A stretch of DNA of 64,000 bases from contig JAAILG010000295.1 in assembly GCA_012026655.1 (NCBI GenBank), positions 1-64,000 on the forward strand. Reading direction: 5' to 3'. The notes under the pieces were generated by a model that saw only the letters and a list, made by a program, of their open reading frames with translations, was not told where the DNA came from and searched no databases. Positions 26,241 to 40,335 of the stretch are shown piece by piece. The translations under genes and the position numbers were made by a program. Each line of letters opens with the position of its first letter. The stretch's first letter is position 1. Origin of the DNA: Hydrolagus affinis. Lineage: Eukaryota.

Positions 26241-26929
26241 TTAGCTTGATGCTGTGATGAGAGAATGGTAGGATAGATTTTCTGAAGGGAGGAGATGAAA
26301 TAGGCAGAAGGGACGTCTCCATCTGAACCCATCTGAACCCCTTGGTGAAATAGGGAACTCGCTGCTTAGGACCATCTGCCCCCAAACATATTTGTACAAA
26401 GCCAGTATATATATATATATATAGCACAGGGGATCTTTAATGTATGAGCCTTGGTGCAAAAGAGTTTGAAGTTCCTTCGATAATGTGGAGGAGTGAGGCA
26501 AAAGACTACGGAGAAACTGGCAATCAGAGAGTTAACAGCAGAGTTCCTGTGGGGGTTGTAAACATGGTTCTACAGTAAGCGATTTGCTTCCAAGTTTCTT
26601 TTAGACGATGCGCTCTTGCCTTTCACTTCAGCAGCTGGTGTGAAAATTATTTTTGAATTGGAAGCTTTCCAAAGTATCGGGCTCACCCGGCACATTTTCT
26701 GCCCTGGCTTCAGGTTTCTCAGCCCTGCTTAAGAAATGTCTCCTGTAGCTTTGCCTGTAATCGTGGCTCATTAACCTTCTTGCAGGTGTGGTCTTCCAGG
26801 CAATTAATGTTTCGAAAGTCCTGAGGTTTACAAGCCTAGGACTTTTAAGCACTCAAGGACGCTATTCTCGTGAGGAGCACTATATGAATGCAAGTCGTTG
26901 TTGTTGTAGCAAGCTTCGTAGCAGTTACT

Positions 26930-27255
26930 AGGACCCTGGTTGTTAGACGATTGGTAATCGTTGGATCAATTTCTGGGGATAATAATTCCTCACCCGCAAT
27001 TGTGCATAATTGATTGTAGTTTTAGCCCACAAAATATATCATCAATTCACTTTATAGTATATTCTGTGAAGCGTTTTGAGATGTCTAGAAGACGTGAAAA
27101 AGTGCTATATCAAATGCTAGGATTATTATATTATATAGCGTTTTGCCCACAAAATATACAGTCAATTCACTTCATATTCAGTGAAGGATTTTGAGACATC
27201 TCCAGGACGTGATAAGGTACTATATCGAAAGATTATTATTAGTACTATTATTATT
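26930..27255 (+). mobile_element. SINE 3' part followed by a second tandem tail
   Basis: Two successive gcccacaaaatata...gtgaag...gagac/atgtct...gtga...tatatc...ATT units. Confidence 0.8.
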
Positions 27256-27967
27256 AACACACCTGAAAGACTTATTCAGTGCAGCTCTTAAACTGAGAAT
27301 CATTGAATGATGGACTTCAAACATTTTAGCTGAACAACATTGTCACTCACAGTAGGGTAGAGTGATCCAAGCTTTTCCATTAGCCTGGACACCACTCTGT
27401 GTGACTATGCTCTCTGTGGGGTGGAGGTAAATGGATCTCAAACTGAACTGATTCCACAATGACTCGGTTGGCAATAGGTCAGAATTGAGTTAACTCTCTA
27501 TAGAGGTTTCAGTAATCCAGGTGGATCTGCAGGACTCCAGAGCATCGCCTATGACACCACAACCAGCTTGGCAGGACTGGGCAAGGCTTACTGATCAATG
27601 GGAGCAGAGATTTTTCTCACTTGGCTCCTGTTTATCCTGCAAGCCAAAGCCTTGCTGACTAGGGTGGTCCTAGTCAGACAACCAGTGGGAAGCTTGCCAG
27701 AAGTGTTTAAATGCAAGCTATACATAATCCTTCCATTTGATTTAGTGCCTTATCATATAATGATAGCTATGCAGTTTTAGTTGGTTAAACCTGTTCAGGA
27801 GGACTTGAAAGATAGCATGACATTATTGAAAAGTGAAGGGAATTTCATCAACAATCCTTCCGATAAAATTGGTTGTTCACTTCATAGCAGTTTGTGAAAC
27901 ATTGCTCTGTGGAAAACTGTCTGCCATGTTTATCTACAAATTATAGGTCATTACACTTAATAAATGA

Positions 27968-28256
27968 TAAATAATAATAATAATCATGCTTGCATTTGAT
28001 ATAGCACTTTTCATGTCTTCTAGACATCTCAAAGCGATTCAAAGAATATAGTGCGAAACATGGCAGCCAATTCCACATAGCAGTGTCCCACAAACAGTTG
28101 CGGCTTGAAATGATCAATTTATTATTGTTATCTTTGAGGGATTATTATCAGGAATGTGGAGTGAGGAAACGTGCCCAAAGTATCGCCCTGCCTGGAAATG
28201 AATTCAGGTCTCTTGTCTGTAAGGCGAGTGCTCTAACCACTGATCGACAGGCCTCC
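27968..28256 (-). mobile_element. Short-form SINE inserted antisense inside a + strand DeuSINE (about 27790-27960 and 28270-28360)
   Basis: Complete minus-strand head-to-tail copy; host tail breaks after gtcattacactt and resumes at ctttacagtaaatcctgt. Confidence 0.8.
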
Positions 28257-29979
28257 TCAAGTAAGAGCTACAAACTTTACAGTAAATCCTGTAAAGCACT
28301 TTGAGACATCCTTCCAATTTGAAAGTTATTGTATCAAATGCAAGGATTATTATTCTTATTATACTCCACGCCGGGTAGCATCTCAGATGGGACTTGAAAG
28401 GGGGTAGATAGATGGCAAGGCAGAGAGATTGAAGGAGAGTGTTTCAGAGTTCTGGTGTGTAGTGGCTGAAAGCTTGACCTTCGATGGTGGAATAGATCTG
28501 AGTCATGTTTACAGCCCACTCATCACTTTACCAAAAAAGGTTGCCCTGTTGACTGCTGTGCATGTCCATTGGCAGCCATTATCCTGTAACATCTATCCAA
28601 ACCCCCAACTCTTATCCATAGGCAATTGGTGCATCTAGCTCTTGTCTGTGAGCAGGAACCTTCCCTGGCCTGCTTTACGTGTAATTTCTGAAACCTCAGG
28701 TGTTGACTTCAATATCTCCGGCTGCATGCATACAGTCCTCACTCACCCATCCTGTGTAAACCCAAGCCTTATTCATGTGCCTCAATGAAAAAGACACCCA
28801 AAGAACTTCAGGAGTGGTTTTTATTTTGAAGCTTTTAAGCTCTACCCTCCCCGATCCTGACCCCAGTTTGGGTCTGAAACACTGACTATCCAGCGCAGGC
28901 ACTATACAAATGTAATTTTATTCTTGTTGTTGTTATTTTAAAGATTTTTATTAATAATCCTAATAATCTGCATTATAAATAGCCCCTTCTTAACCTCCAC
29001 CTGAACTGCCAGGTGGGGCCTCAGTTTAACATCTCATTCGAAGAACGGCACCTCCAGCAATACAGCGCATCCCCAGCAGTGCATTCCAGGCTACATCAGT
29101 TCCAAGTCCCAACTTGAGGCTTGAACCCACAACCTTCTGACTCAGCTTTATGAAGTTTAAGGATTATTATTATTAATAAACTATTTTGGGAGCAGAATAC
29201 TATTTCACCAACTTGTCATGCAGGATGGCACCTGTGTCGATACAGCAATCTGCCAGCACTGAATTGTCATCGTGGACTTTTAGCCAAAAGTCCCAAAGTG
29301 CAACCCTGCACAGGAAATTGTCAATCTGACTCCTGCGTGCATCAATATCACAATGTCTATCTCCAAGCTTTAGATACAGGTTTTCTCAACTCTCTTATTG
29401 AGATACCATTGTGTAAGTGTATAGTATGATATGCTATAAGCCTTATATAAGCACTACCCTGGGACGATACCCAGTGTGATGGGCACTATGTAAACGCAAG
29501 TTGTTATATTTCACTGCTCATATGCACTTAGATCACTGTGGGCAATATCCGGGTAATGTTGAAATTCACCTTTAATTTGTTCTGGAAAGCAGAATGAGCT
29601 GAAATGAGATGTGTTTGAATGGCCAGCCTTTCTTTCCCTGACTCACTGGTAGAGGAATGGTGTTTACTGCTATCAGGCAGCTGGCCCTATGACTGACTGG
29701 CATTTGAGCGTGCTTTGCTGCCTCTTTCCAGATCGCTTCTGTTTTGCAGCCTATGTCGTCACGTAAAGTGCAGCTGTCTCTGGGATGAAGAAGCTACTTT
29801 TGGGGTGCCAGCCAGTCTGACTGCTTGCAATAAGAGAAACCCAGGGGCCCTTATGGCCTTTGGAACGCCATCCAAATCCTGCTGAGCTGGAGATTCAGCT
29901 CCCTCTATGGGTGGGTCAGAAAAATGTGGTAGAGAAGATTTCTATATGAAGGCTCCATTTATAATAATACAGTAATAAT

Positions 29980-30480
29980 ATTAATAATAATAATCTATGC
30001 ATTTGATATAACATCTCATTACATCTTAGGGACATCTCAAAGCATTGCACTGAATGTAGTAAAAATAATAATCCTTGCATTTGATATATTGCCTTATTAT
30101 GCCTTTGAGATATCTCAAAGCGCTTTACAGAATATAATGTAAAATGAATTGACTGAATATATTGTGGGTGAACGTGGCAACCAATTGCGGACTGCAGTGT
30201 CCCGCAAACAGTCGTGGATGAAGTGAACAAATTAATGTTATTTCTGCAAGCGAATGGACATGGGTTGGATTCCCATACAAGGCTAAACCATAGGCGAGTT
30301 TCCTTACATCACGTGTCTCTGTTCACCTAGCAGTAAATATGAAACTTATTATTAGTCGATTGGTGGTTCGCTTTCCGGGGTTAATAATCCTTGCAAAAAA
30401 TAATATTCTGGTCACTCAATCCATGACTGGTTGTGAAACACTGCTGTGCGCAATTGGCTGCTCAGTTTTCCCCACTCATT
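29980..30480. mobile_element. SINE cluster: two tandem minus-strand tails (29980-30230) head-to-head with a + strand long-form SINE (30245-30480)
   Basis: Direct motif matches to the other SINE copies. Confidence 0.75.
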
Positions 30481-30635
30481 TCGAAGCCCATTTTCTCTAC
30501 ATTGGTTTCAAGAACTACAGCAAATCAGCTTTAAAGGTGAGTGATTTCAACAAGTTCCCAAATTGTGGACCCCTCAGTACAGATCCCATCTGGTAGCACG
30601 AACGCAAGCATTAACGTTTGCAATTCCTGTCGCTT

Positions 30636-30941
30636 GGAGTCCTGTAGCTCACTGGTTAGAGCGCTCACCTTGCAAGCGAGAGACCTGGGTTTGATTCCAA
30701 GCAGGGCAAAACCTTTTTCTAAGTTTCCTTGCTTCACATTCCCGATAATATTCTCTTTAAAAAAAACAATGGTCATTTCAATCCAAGATTTTTTGTGGGA
30801 CACTGCTGTGCGCAATTGGCTGCCATGTTTCATCCACAAATATACAGTCAATTCACTTTACAGTATATTCTGTGAAATGTTTTGAGATGTCTAGAAGATG
30901 TGAAAAGCGCTATATCAAATGCAATGATTATTATTATTATT
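30636..30941 (+). mobile_element. tRNA-derived SINE, short form, full length
   Basis: ggagtcctgtagctcactggttagagcgctcaccttgcaagcgag head (tRNA-Ala-like loop CTTGCAA) through the (ATT)n tail. Confidence 0.9.
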
Positions 30942-31289
30942 ACAACTGAATCATATGGGATCTGACCCATCTCACATGGTGGGTGGGTGGTGGGAGGTGA
31001 ATGGAGGTGCCATGTTTCCATTACCTCCACGTGCAAAGTGCTGGCTGATTAGGGAGGTGTGATAAACACCCTGGACATGGCTCTTCATGCACTGGATTAG
31101 ATTCTGTTTATTTGCAAACGAGGAATCCTGTTTATGAGCACATGGTTGAAGCGGACCTGGAGGACAAAGTAATTGCAAGCATGCTCTGCGCATTTGCTAC
31201 TTAGAGTTACATGGAGTGACATGGCACTGAAACAGGCCCTTTGACCCAACTAGTCAGTGCCACTGTTTCTACTGCTGTAACTGAACCTG

Positions 31290-31660
31290 GAGTGAGCATG
31301 AATTGCAGGAAGTATCAGTCATGTCCTACAACGGGACTTGGAACTCGTAGTGTTGGTTGTTACTCCAGCGCCGTACTGGGTGAGCGCGGCATTGTTGGAG
31401 GCGATGAGGCATTAAATCGACGTCTGCCTGCTCAGGCGAATATTAAAGACTACATTGAGATTCCCCAAGTGTCCTGGCCACCAACCTGCACCCAGCTGAA
31501 ACTTGGTCAGTCGCAGCTGTTTGTTGGACATTGCTGTGAGTAAATTGGCTGTTGGTCCAGTTATAAAATGCACAGTCATCGCACTGAACGGCATTAACTA
31601 TGAAAGGCTTTGAGATGCCTTGATGTCACAGGCGATACAAAGTATAAGAATTATTAATAG
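31290..31660 (+). mobile_element. Degenerate DeuSINE-like SINE
   Basis: cattgttggaggcg...gtctgcctgctcagg...gtgtcctggcca plus tail. Confidence 0.6.
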
Positions 31661-32799
31661 AAAGTTTGTTGAATTCCCTCCCCTCCCCCACATGCACATG
31701 TTGCCTAATGAAACATAAATGAGCACGTGGAGTCTGTCTCAAGTTGTCATTAAACATTTTAAAAGCTGCTCAATCATTACGCAATGAGCCAGAGGGAGCT
31801 CTTCCCCTCTCCACGCACCAGGCCCCCTCCCACCCCCCAAGAGAAATGTAACACTTCTACAAGTGTGCAGCGCCAGTATTGATCATGGGGGTGAAGCGCA
31901 CACACAAAGGGCCTCTTACATAGAGCAGTGGTCAATGCTGTGCCTCCTTCCAAGTGTTGATCTGCCAGGGAGCTTTACTTTTCTTCTGTTCACTTCTCGA
32001 GTGCCCAGCCTGACAGCTGGGCCTTGATATTTTGGTTGCAGCCCAACAGGTTTGCAGGCCTCAGCTGCTGCAGCGACTCTCTACATCAGCACAGCCTGCA
32101 CACCGAGACATAGAGGTTGAGAGCATTGGCTAACAAGGCCAATGGGCCTCATTGTTTCAACAGGAGACCAGTTGTTGTTGGTCGAAAGAGGGAAGGGAGA
32201 GAAGGGAGAGGGAAATAGGATACAGTTTCGGAGATGGGAGGGTGTGTGTGTGGGTAGGTGGGATGGGAGTGGAGTGAGGATTCTACCCAGTATTGTGTTT
32301 GCAGGATCTCACACTCTCCACTGCCAAGCGGAAAATAAATTCATCTTCCGCTAACCCCTTGGACTTGAGCATAGCATTTTTTTAAGGTTAAAACAACATA
32401 GTGAAAAGCAGATGAAAGATTTCTCAAACCACAAGCCAGCTCACAGAATCTCGTCCAGGCAACCAATTCGGTTGTTTTGCAAAACCAATCATCACCCTGG
32501 TGGTGGAAGCATCAATTCCGAGTCCGTGATTGATGGATGAGAGTTTGGCGTACCAAATCATATCAACTTACGACATATAACAGTTTCTCCTTATTTACTC
32601 TATCAAAACCCTTCATAATTCTGAACACCTCTTTTATATCTCCCTATAACTCTAAGATAGTGTGAACAACTGTATTTAAATCAAAGGACATATAGTGAGC
32701 TTTATTAAATATATACATATATAGATATGATATCTCAAATGCAAAAATTATTATTATATATTATGTATAGCTCTCAGGAGAGATTAAATAAAGTGTTTA

Positions 32800-33180
32800 T
32801 TTGGCTCAGTTGGAGGTACTCTTGTCTCTGGATGAGAAAGTGTGGGTTCAAGTGTCAGATACGGACATTGAGTCTCATTGTTTAGACTGACCAGCGCCTT
32901 GGGACGTCCTCCCAATGTGCAAGGTGCTCTAAAAATTTTATTTTGTTGTTGTTGTTGATGCGCTGAGTTGAGCTTCCTCTGATGGACATGAGATCCTTCA
33001 AATGTGATCTTAAAGTAAAGTTCTATCTGCCTGTCCAGGTGGATATTAAAGCTTCTCCTGTTCTAAGTGGATTACTCCCGATGTCCTAGCCAATAGTCCT
33101 CCAGATAAATTGACCATTTACTTTATGAATATTTGTGGGACATTGTTGTATGAAAAGGTGCTGCTGTGTTTGCCTACAAA
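32800..33180 (+). mobile_element. DeuSINE-like SINE containing an L2 tail-only insertion (32891-32957)
   Basis: Head ggctcagttgg...gtgggttcaag; insert ccagcgccttgggacgtcctccc...(GTT)n; Deu domain resumes afterwards. Confidence 0.7.
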
Positions 33181-33879
33181 TGCAATTCAGTAGAATACAA
33201 ATTCAGTTTTGTATAACCATGTTCAAGTCAGGAGGATGTCCCAAGGTGCTTAATACCCACTTGGTTGGGTAGATATTAAAGATAAGGTGGAGTTCCAGAC
33301 ACTGTGTCAAAATCTCTCTCTCTCTGTTGAATCAACAACAACAATTAGGAGGAAGGAAGGGGGGTGACTATTGGTCAAAGAGGTATGTCTTAAGGAAAGG
33401 GTAATTGGAAGAGAACGGAATTGGAGCCTTCTCAGAAGACGGTAATTGAACAAAATGCTGTATATTTCCAAGTGACAGATGATGGGTTTCATGTGTAAAT
33501 AGGAGAAAATACAGAGAAAGGTTGTGTGGTGCATATATATATGCTAGATACGAGTGGTACTGGGTGAATATGTGCGAAATCTGTTTCTGAACTGAGAGAT
33601 CTTTATATCTGAGTTCTGGGGATCCTCTCGCTTGGCTGAGTGAGAAAGATACGTGATAGCTCATGAAACAGCTGTGACCATTAGCCTCTGACATGTCTGT
33701 CATGAAATAAAGCAGAACTGAGACACACTGTGCACTCGAAGCGAAACCATCAAAACAAACACACGGCTGTAAATGCCTATTGTTTTGCTGGTGTAAATAT
33801 TCAGTTAGAATGTTTTCTTCGCAGCTTCCTGTTCCTCTGTACAACACACAAGTAGTAAAGTTCAGTCACTAAAGTTAGT

Positions 33880-34177
33880 ACAATAATAATCATTTCATTT
33901 GATATAGTGCTTTTCACATCTTCTAGACGTCTCAAAGCGCTTCACAGAGTATACTATGAAGTGAATTGACTGTATATATGTGGGCGAAACATGGGAACCA
34001 ATTGCGCACAGCAGTGTCCCACAAACAGTCTTGGATTGAAATGACCAATTCATTATTGCTTTATTTGAGGGATTATTATTAGGCGTGTGGAGTAAGGAAA
34101 CTTGACCAAGAATTTGCCCTGTCTGGAATTGACACCAGGTCTCTTGCTTGTAAGGCGAGTGTTCTAACCACTGAGCT
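33880..34177 (-). mobile_element. tRNA-derived SINE, short form
   Basis: Near-complete reverse complement of the 30636-30941 type. Confidence 0.9.
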
Positions 34178-35379
34178 TGTTCTAAAACGTTTCCACTTCA
34201 GGTGAAGATTCTGGGTGTGATACTATTGGGAAAGGGGAAGCAGTTTCATCCAGTAACCCCCGCCTAACATTCCATGTTTTATCCACACAATACATGGTCC
34301 ATTCATTTTACGATATATTCAGTGAGACATCTCAACTATGTAATAAGGCACTATATCAAATAAATAAAAATAATTATATTTATTATTGTTATTGATTAAT
34401 TAGCCATTCACCTCTCAGCATCTCGTAGGACCTTGCTGAAGCATATGCCAATCGAGTTTGGTTACAAAAACAATCACCACAGTGTTCACTGGGTTAATGT
34501 GCAAAATTTTCAATTGGTTACAAATATAATACCAATACATTTAACCGCATTAATAACTGCTCAGAATGGATTGTTGCCCAAGTCATGGTCATCTCTCTGT
34601 TGTTAGGGTCAGGATAGAAGTGAATGGTGATTGACAGTGACGGCAGATGTCTGTGGAGTGCTCCCAATCGGGATTCTGTTCCTCCACCTGTTTGCTGCTG
34701 GCTCGTATCACTCTCTGACCTGCTGACCAGCGGATGCTCCCTCGGGCATCTAAGTTCAAGCATCCTCTCACACATGGTCTCTGAGAGACTTTGACAGCCT
34801 TTGAATTGCTGTATGAAGACAGCAGTGTCTGGTCTGCATTCTTGTCTGATAAATTCTTGTCTAATAGGAAAAGGAATCAACCTATTTAAGAGGAAACTTA
34901 ATTTGTGCACAAGGGAGAAAGGAAGAAGGGTGTAGAAAAGAGGAATAGGAGGTGTTGGGCTGAATGGCCTGTTTCTGCACTGTAATGTTCTATGTAATTC
35001 TATGTAGTGTGATCGTAAGTGTTTTATGCCTCAAGTGCTGTGGCCTTAGAAATATTTATACATTATATATAACATATGAAGTACATTCCTGATAACTCTT
35101 CTATCCAAAGTAAAATACCTCAGTAACTAGTTATCAGGCATTAGTGTGTTAGGCATATGTATAAATACAAAAAATGATTACTTCAGTGGTTGTGCCAAGT
35201 TGATCTAGGATGAGTCATGAGGAGGCCTTTCCAACCAGGAAAAAGAAATTGGTGTCTTGTTCTACAATTAAATGTAATCATTTTGTTAGTCTTCCAAGAT
35301 AATGTATTACATTTGAAAATATTCTTGATTATTTTACCCAAAGAGCAACAAATGGCTAGAATGGCGTTACTACCAAGAC

Positions 35380-35760
35380 TTGAGACTTTCAAATGCCTCC
35401 ATGGCCTCACTTCATTCTACCTCTGCTGTCCCCTCCAGCTTCACTCCCCCACCCACTCCCTACTCTTTGCCAAATCAACCTCGAAGTATGATAACCCACA
35501 CCATCATTATCTGTGCCCACTTCCTCCCTTCTGATAACCAACCATCTCACGTCCTTCCTCCCTTTTTGGACTCTAACCTTGCTTTCAGTTAACTTCCTCA
35601 CAAGAGAGGTTTGCATCATGAAGGCCCTTCATCTGATTTGATCCTGTCCTTCCACAACACCCACCTGACCCTTTTCCTGTGCCAGCAACGTTCCACTTTG
35701 ACCAGGTTTTCACTCGATCTCTCCAAAGTGCTTTGAGGCAAAATCTTATTTGAAATAAGC
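35380..35760 (+). mobile_element. Old L2 3' fragment
   Basis: TFKCLHGLTSFYL resembles L2 TFKALHGLAPxYL; C-rich 3' region. Confidence 0.55.
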
Positions 35761-37074
35761 TATATATGTGCATGTTGTCGTTGGTGAAGATGCACGTGAA
35801 CTCTTTTAGGATTATTAGGAAGGAATACACTCCCAGGAAGCTGACCATGTATTGAAGAAGCAAAGCGACGGAAATGTGTTAAAAGTGGGCCAGCCACAGG
35901 GAAGTCCTCAGTACAAGGTGAGGAAAAAGTAATCTGCGGTCAGTAGCTTCATTGCTTTGTCCCAGATACACTGAACCACCATTTCAACCTCAACTTTCCA
36001 AGGCTGGAAATTTGAGCTATGCTTGGAAATTCCAATGAGGATCTGTTATTTCCTAATTGCAGAAAGTGGCTTTGCTTGAGCCCAAGTGAGCATGCTAGGA
36101 GGCCTAGTGTGTCTCAATAACGCGAGGAGTGAGTGGTCGTGCGAGGAGCCCACTTCCATTCGGACTTTCCGTTTGTTTCATAAGCAGAAAATCCAACTTG
36201 TTGAAACGGAAGAGGCCTAATTATGACTCTCTGGTAAAAATCGCTCACAATATCAACAATCTCCATCAGAGAACCATACATCAGCCAGGGTATTGGTTTA
36301 CTCCCTGAAACAGAACAATAGCGGCCAGGGGGAATAATACATTGGGTGCTAACACATCTCCGCTTTTTAGTGAAATCAGCAGTTTTGTCTTACATAACAA
36401 CTTCCAGTGTTTTACTCCGAGTGATACGCGATCCACGGAAGATTTACGACGAGACCGAGAGCTGGGTTTTAGAGTGTACACTTATAGCATTTTTATTATT
36501 AGTTTGGGGAGGGCTTCCTGGCTTCTTCCATCAAACGTCTGCTCCCGTACACCCCTCTGACCCTGACATTGGTGTTAATTACCCTGAAAGAGTGGGTCCC
36601 AAACCTCAGCGGTGCTCACAAGATCGCAAGAGAGGTTTGAGTGAAGACATCTCTTTGGCCCATTTGTTATCCATCCATTTATTCTCAAGCAGTAGCTGCT
36701 GAAGCTCTGCACACCCAACTGGTGGAACCGTTGCTCATTAGATAGGGTGTGTGTCCAAGCTTGTATGTGTGAGGGCATATTGCTCTCAATATTTTCATGG
36801 GCTCACAATGAATTCCTGGTATGTACTATCGACCTAGTGAGGGCTCACACCTGTGCTTGTCATATACCTTCCAAAGAAGCTGGAGTCAACTCCAAGATGA
36901 AGTCCTTGAAGTCTATGGCAAATTGGTGTTGAGTTCATCCTCTATGATAATAATAATAATCCTTGCATTTGATACAGTTCTTTAATATATCTTTGAGATG
37001 CCTCAAAGCATTTTACAGAATATACTGTAAAGTGAATTTCTGTATACTTTGGGGGAGAAATGATGGACATTCAT

Positions 37075-37410
37075 CTCACAAGCGAGAGGGCCTGGGTTTG
37101 ATTCCCAGGTAGAGTAAAACATTGGGCAAGATTCCTTACTCCACATGCCTTTGTTTAGCTAGCAGTAAGTAGGAACCCAGTTGTTAGTCAACTGGTGGCG
37201 CATTTTTCTGGAGGTTAATAAATCCTTTAACAAATAATGATTTGGTCACTCAATCCATTGCTATGCGCAATTGGCTGCCGTGATTCACCCACAAAATTTG
37301 CAGTGAATTCACTTTACAGTATATTCTGTGAAGCATGTTGAGATGACTTGAAGAAGTGATCAGGCAATATATTAAATGCAAGGATTATTATTATGTTATT
37401 ATTATTATTT
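37075..37410 (+). mobile_element. tRNA-derived SINE, long form
   Basis: Contains the gcctttgtttagctagcagtaagtaggaaccc...ttagtcaactgg segment and a full tail. Confidence 0.88.
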
Positions 37411-37444
37411 TGATCTGGCTCCTAAGCCAGGCATAGTTGGAGTC

Positions 37445-37730
37445 ACCCTAGCTCAGTTGGTAGCACTGTCACCTCTCAGTCAAAAGGTTATGAGTTCAAG
37501 CTCCAGTCAGGCCTTTGAGCTCACACTTATACAAGAGTGCAGTACTGGGTGTTCATATTGCATTGTTGCAGATGACAACCTTCACATGAAATGTTAAACT
37601 GAGGTCTTCTCTGCCTGCGGTTCCCATGACATTATTCGAAGAGATAAGTTTATTCCAGTGTCCTAGTCAACCATCCCCTAGATAAAATGGGTCACTTGTT
37701 TCATGGTTGTTTATGGGACATTGTTGTACG
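37445..37730 (+). mobile_element. DeuSINE-like SINE
   Basis: ctagctcagttggtagcactg head; gaaatgttaaactgaggtc Deu motif. Confidence 0.75.
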
Positions 37731-38899
37731 AACACAGCCATAGACCACTTGGGCTGAATGGTCTGGTTTTGTGCTGCAACAATCTGTAATTCAATTGTAC
37801 TCAAGAGTGCACTTTACTATTTATGTACTGAATAACTACTACTCCCCTCCCCAGTAAGTACAGTGAAGACTGATTTACATGGGCACTGCCCAATAAAAGC
37901 ATCTGGTCCTGGGTAGATGAACGAGATGGATTCATTGTAATTTTAATCCTGCTCTTCCTTCCCTTTGAGATGCCCACTGCTCTGGACGCCCTCTAACATA
38001 TTGCTTGTGATCAGCAGATGGAAGCTGTTAGCTCCGGTGAATGAAACCAGGGCACAGTCCTGCTGCTCACCCACACAGGTTGGAACAATCTGTCATTTAA
38101 GTAGCATGACTTTCCTGTGGCCAATTCTGTAATCCCGCAGCAATGTGATACTGAACAAGGAATCCACTGTTATCCAATCGGCCTGGCTCAGAAATTTCCC
38201 TGTTTGGTGGCATTGCTGCCAAAAAAACCTCCTCTCACTTGGTAGGAAACAATCTGAAACACGAGCCAAAATGACACTTCGGCCTGACTTCACAGATCCA
38301 TGGGCTATCTGACCTGCGTTTAACTCTGCTGATCTCCGCTGTGCTGGCGATCGCCCTTCTAGTATTGCTGGCTGTTCCCCTACACCTCCCCCATCTTATT
38401 TCAAACCCCCCACCTCCCCCTCCGTCTTGTTGGAATGGATGGGGGAGAGGAGGGAAGTAAAAGAGAAGAGATCAAAAAAAATTAAAAAGTGTTTGGGTTG
38501 GAAGCTGTGTGCACTGGCCTCCTCCGAGCTCGGAAAGCTGATCTGCCGTCGAGTTTTTTGCTATTGTAAACAATAGGCCCATTCCTCATCAGCACAGTTG
38601 CTGCTCTGCCGTCACGAACCGACAGGTTCAAATTAACTCACTTCTCACTTGGCAAATAATCTTTCTGAAAGCTGTGGGCAGCCCGACATAACGTACTGCT
38701 CTTACATTGCAAACTGTGCTTCAGATCCCTCACATTTTTTAAAATTCAAGTGATATACAGCTTGTGAAGTGTTGCAAAGTTAACCTGATTTAAAACCCCA
38801 CACAATAATCCTTTACAAGGCATGAGGTATGTCGGGAATTATTTTGCAATGCTTTTCAGCTGAGCTTTAGAATGCATTCTAAACACAATGAGACAATAC

Positions 38900-39260
38900 A
38901 ATAGGCTTTAATGAAGGGTTTGCACTCAGGCTGTTGAAATTAAGAGAGGTGAAGGGCAACATGTGGTGGAAAGATGACCAAAATGGACGGTTAAAAAAGG
39001 TTTTACAATGATCCTTAAAGGAGATCAGGGAGGGGGGTGAGGTGAGGAGTCTCTGGGATGGAGTTTCAGAGGATGGGGCCAAGGCTGAAGGCCCAACTGA
39101 TGATGGTGGGGAGCAAGCAGGGTGGGGATGCGGAGCAGATGAGTGTTCACCAAGTAGAAAGAGTGAATAGGTTGATAAAGTTTTAGTAGGTCACAGAGTT
39201 ATGGAGGAGCAAGACTGTGGCGAGCTTTAAATGTGAGGTTGAAAAGGGAGATAGACAGAT
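38900..39260 (-). mobile_element. Old L2 3' fragment
   Basis: Minus-strand translation SFKDHCKTFFNR resembles L2 terminal FKxxLKTxLF; ggctgaaggccc matches the RAFS region. Confidence 0.55.
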
Positions 39261-40335
39261 AAGTCAGGTTGTAGATCGATAAATGGTTAAAAGGGCAAAG
39301 GGATTTATAATAATGATACTCCTTGATTAATAATCAAGCAACACAGCACTCCGCCAGCACTGCACTGGAGTGTCAGCCTAAACTATGGACTCAAAGATCT
39401 GATATGGGGTCGGTAATGATTGTCAAGTGGACTGATTGTATTTATAGGTAAAAGCAGCAACCCAACAACGTCCCACAAACAGCCCTTTCTTCTAAAAGTG
39501 TCATATAATCTTTAACCTCCATTTGGTTAATAATGAGAGTTGTTCTGTTAAGGTGAGGCTTCCCATTCTCTGCCTCTGGTTAGTCACAGAGGGAACCGAG
39601 GCTACAGCTATGTGGTATTCAAAGACATGGGAAATATTTGGTAGTCATAAAACTTTATTCCTCCATTTAATCTGGATTCTTTTTTGAAGGTTAATATCAG
39701 GCTAATCTCCATGGAGCTATTTAATGAGGGTATATCAGCATAATAGAACCTCAGGCTCAGAGAACGTATGTGATATGCACAATGTGCTGGTGAGTTGACT
39801 ATGCAGGTTTGTAAGCATTCAGGGACACTACTCCGTATGAAGGGCACTCTGTAAATGCAAGTTGTTATTGTTGTTGTTGGATGAAACATGTCTGATATGC
39901 CTTAATCCATTCACATGAATGATAATTCATCTTTCAAATGACGGCTGTTGTAACAAAACGGTGTAAAATTCTTTATTCTCTTTATCATGCTTCCTATGTT
40001 TTAAATTTGTTTCAGCGCCTTCTCCCCCCATTCTTTATCCCACTTCTCCACATACTACGTCCCCTCCTGTCCCCATTATAATTTGCCCCATTCCAACCCC
40101 CACCCCCAACCAGCTCTGTGCATTGGTCACTGGTTCAAAGATCTGCTCCTAGATTTTTTGTTAGAGAGTTTCACCTAATTTCAGCCAGAGGTTTCTTTCT
40201 CTTCTTCCCTTTAGAGACAGACAGAACTTCTCCTTGAGAGACTAACTGAGGACCTAGATACACCGTGTATGGAGAGTCTTGTATCAGTGTTACTTCAGCC
40301 TGGCTGTAACTGTGGATAGTTTCAATTATACAATT

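Noticed and set aside
30636-30710. tRNA gene (also at 609, 5410, 13888 and other heads)
   Set aside because: tRNA-like A/B boxes run directly into SINE body; no intact acceptor stem or poly-T terminator
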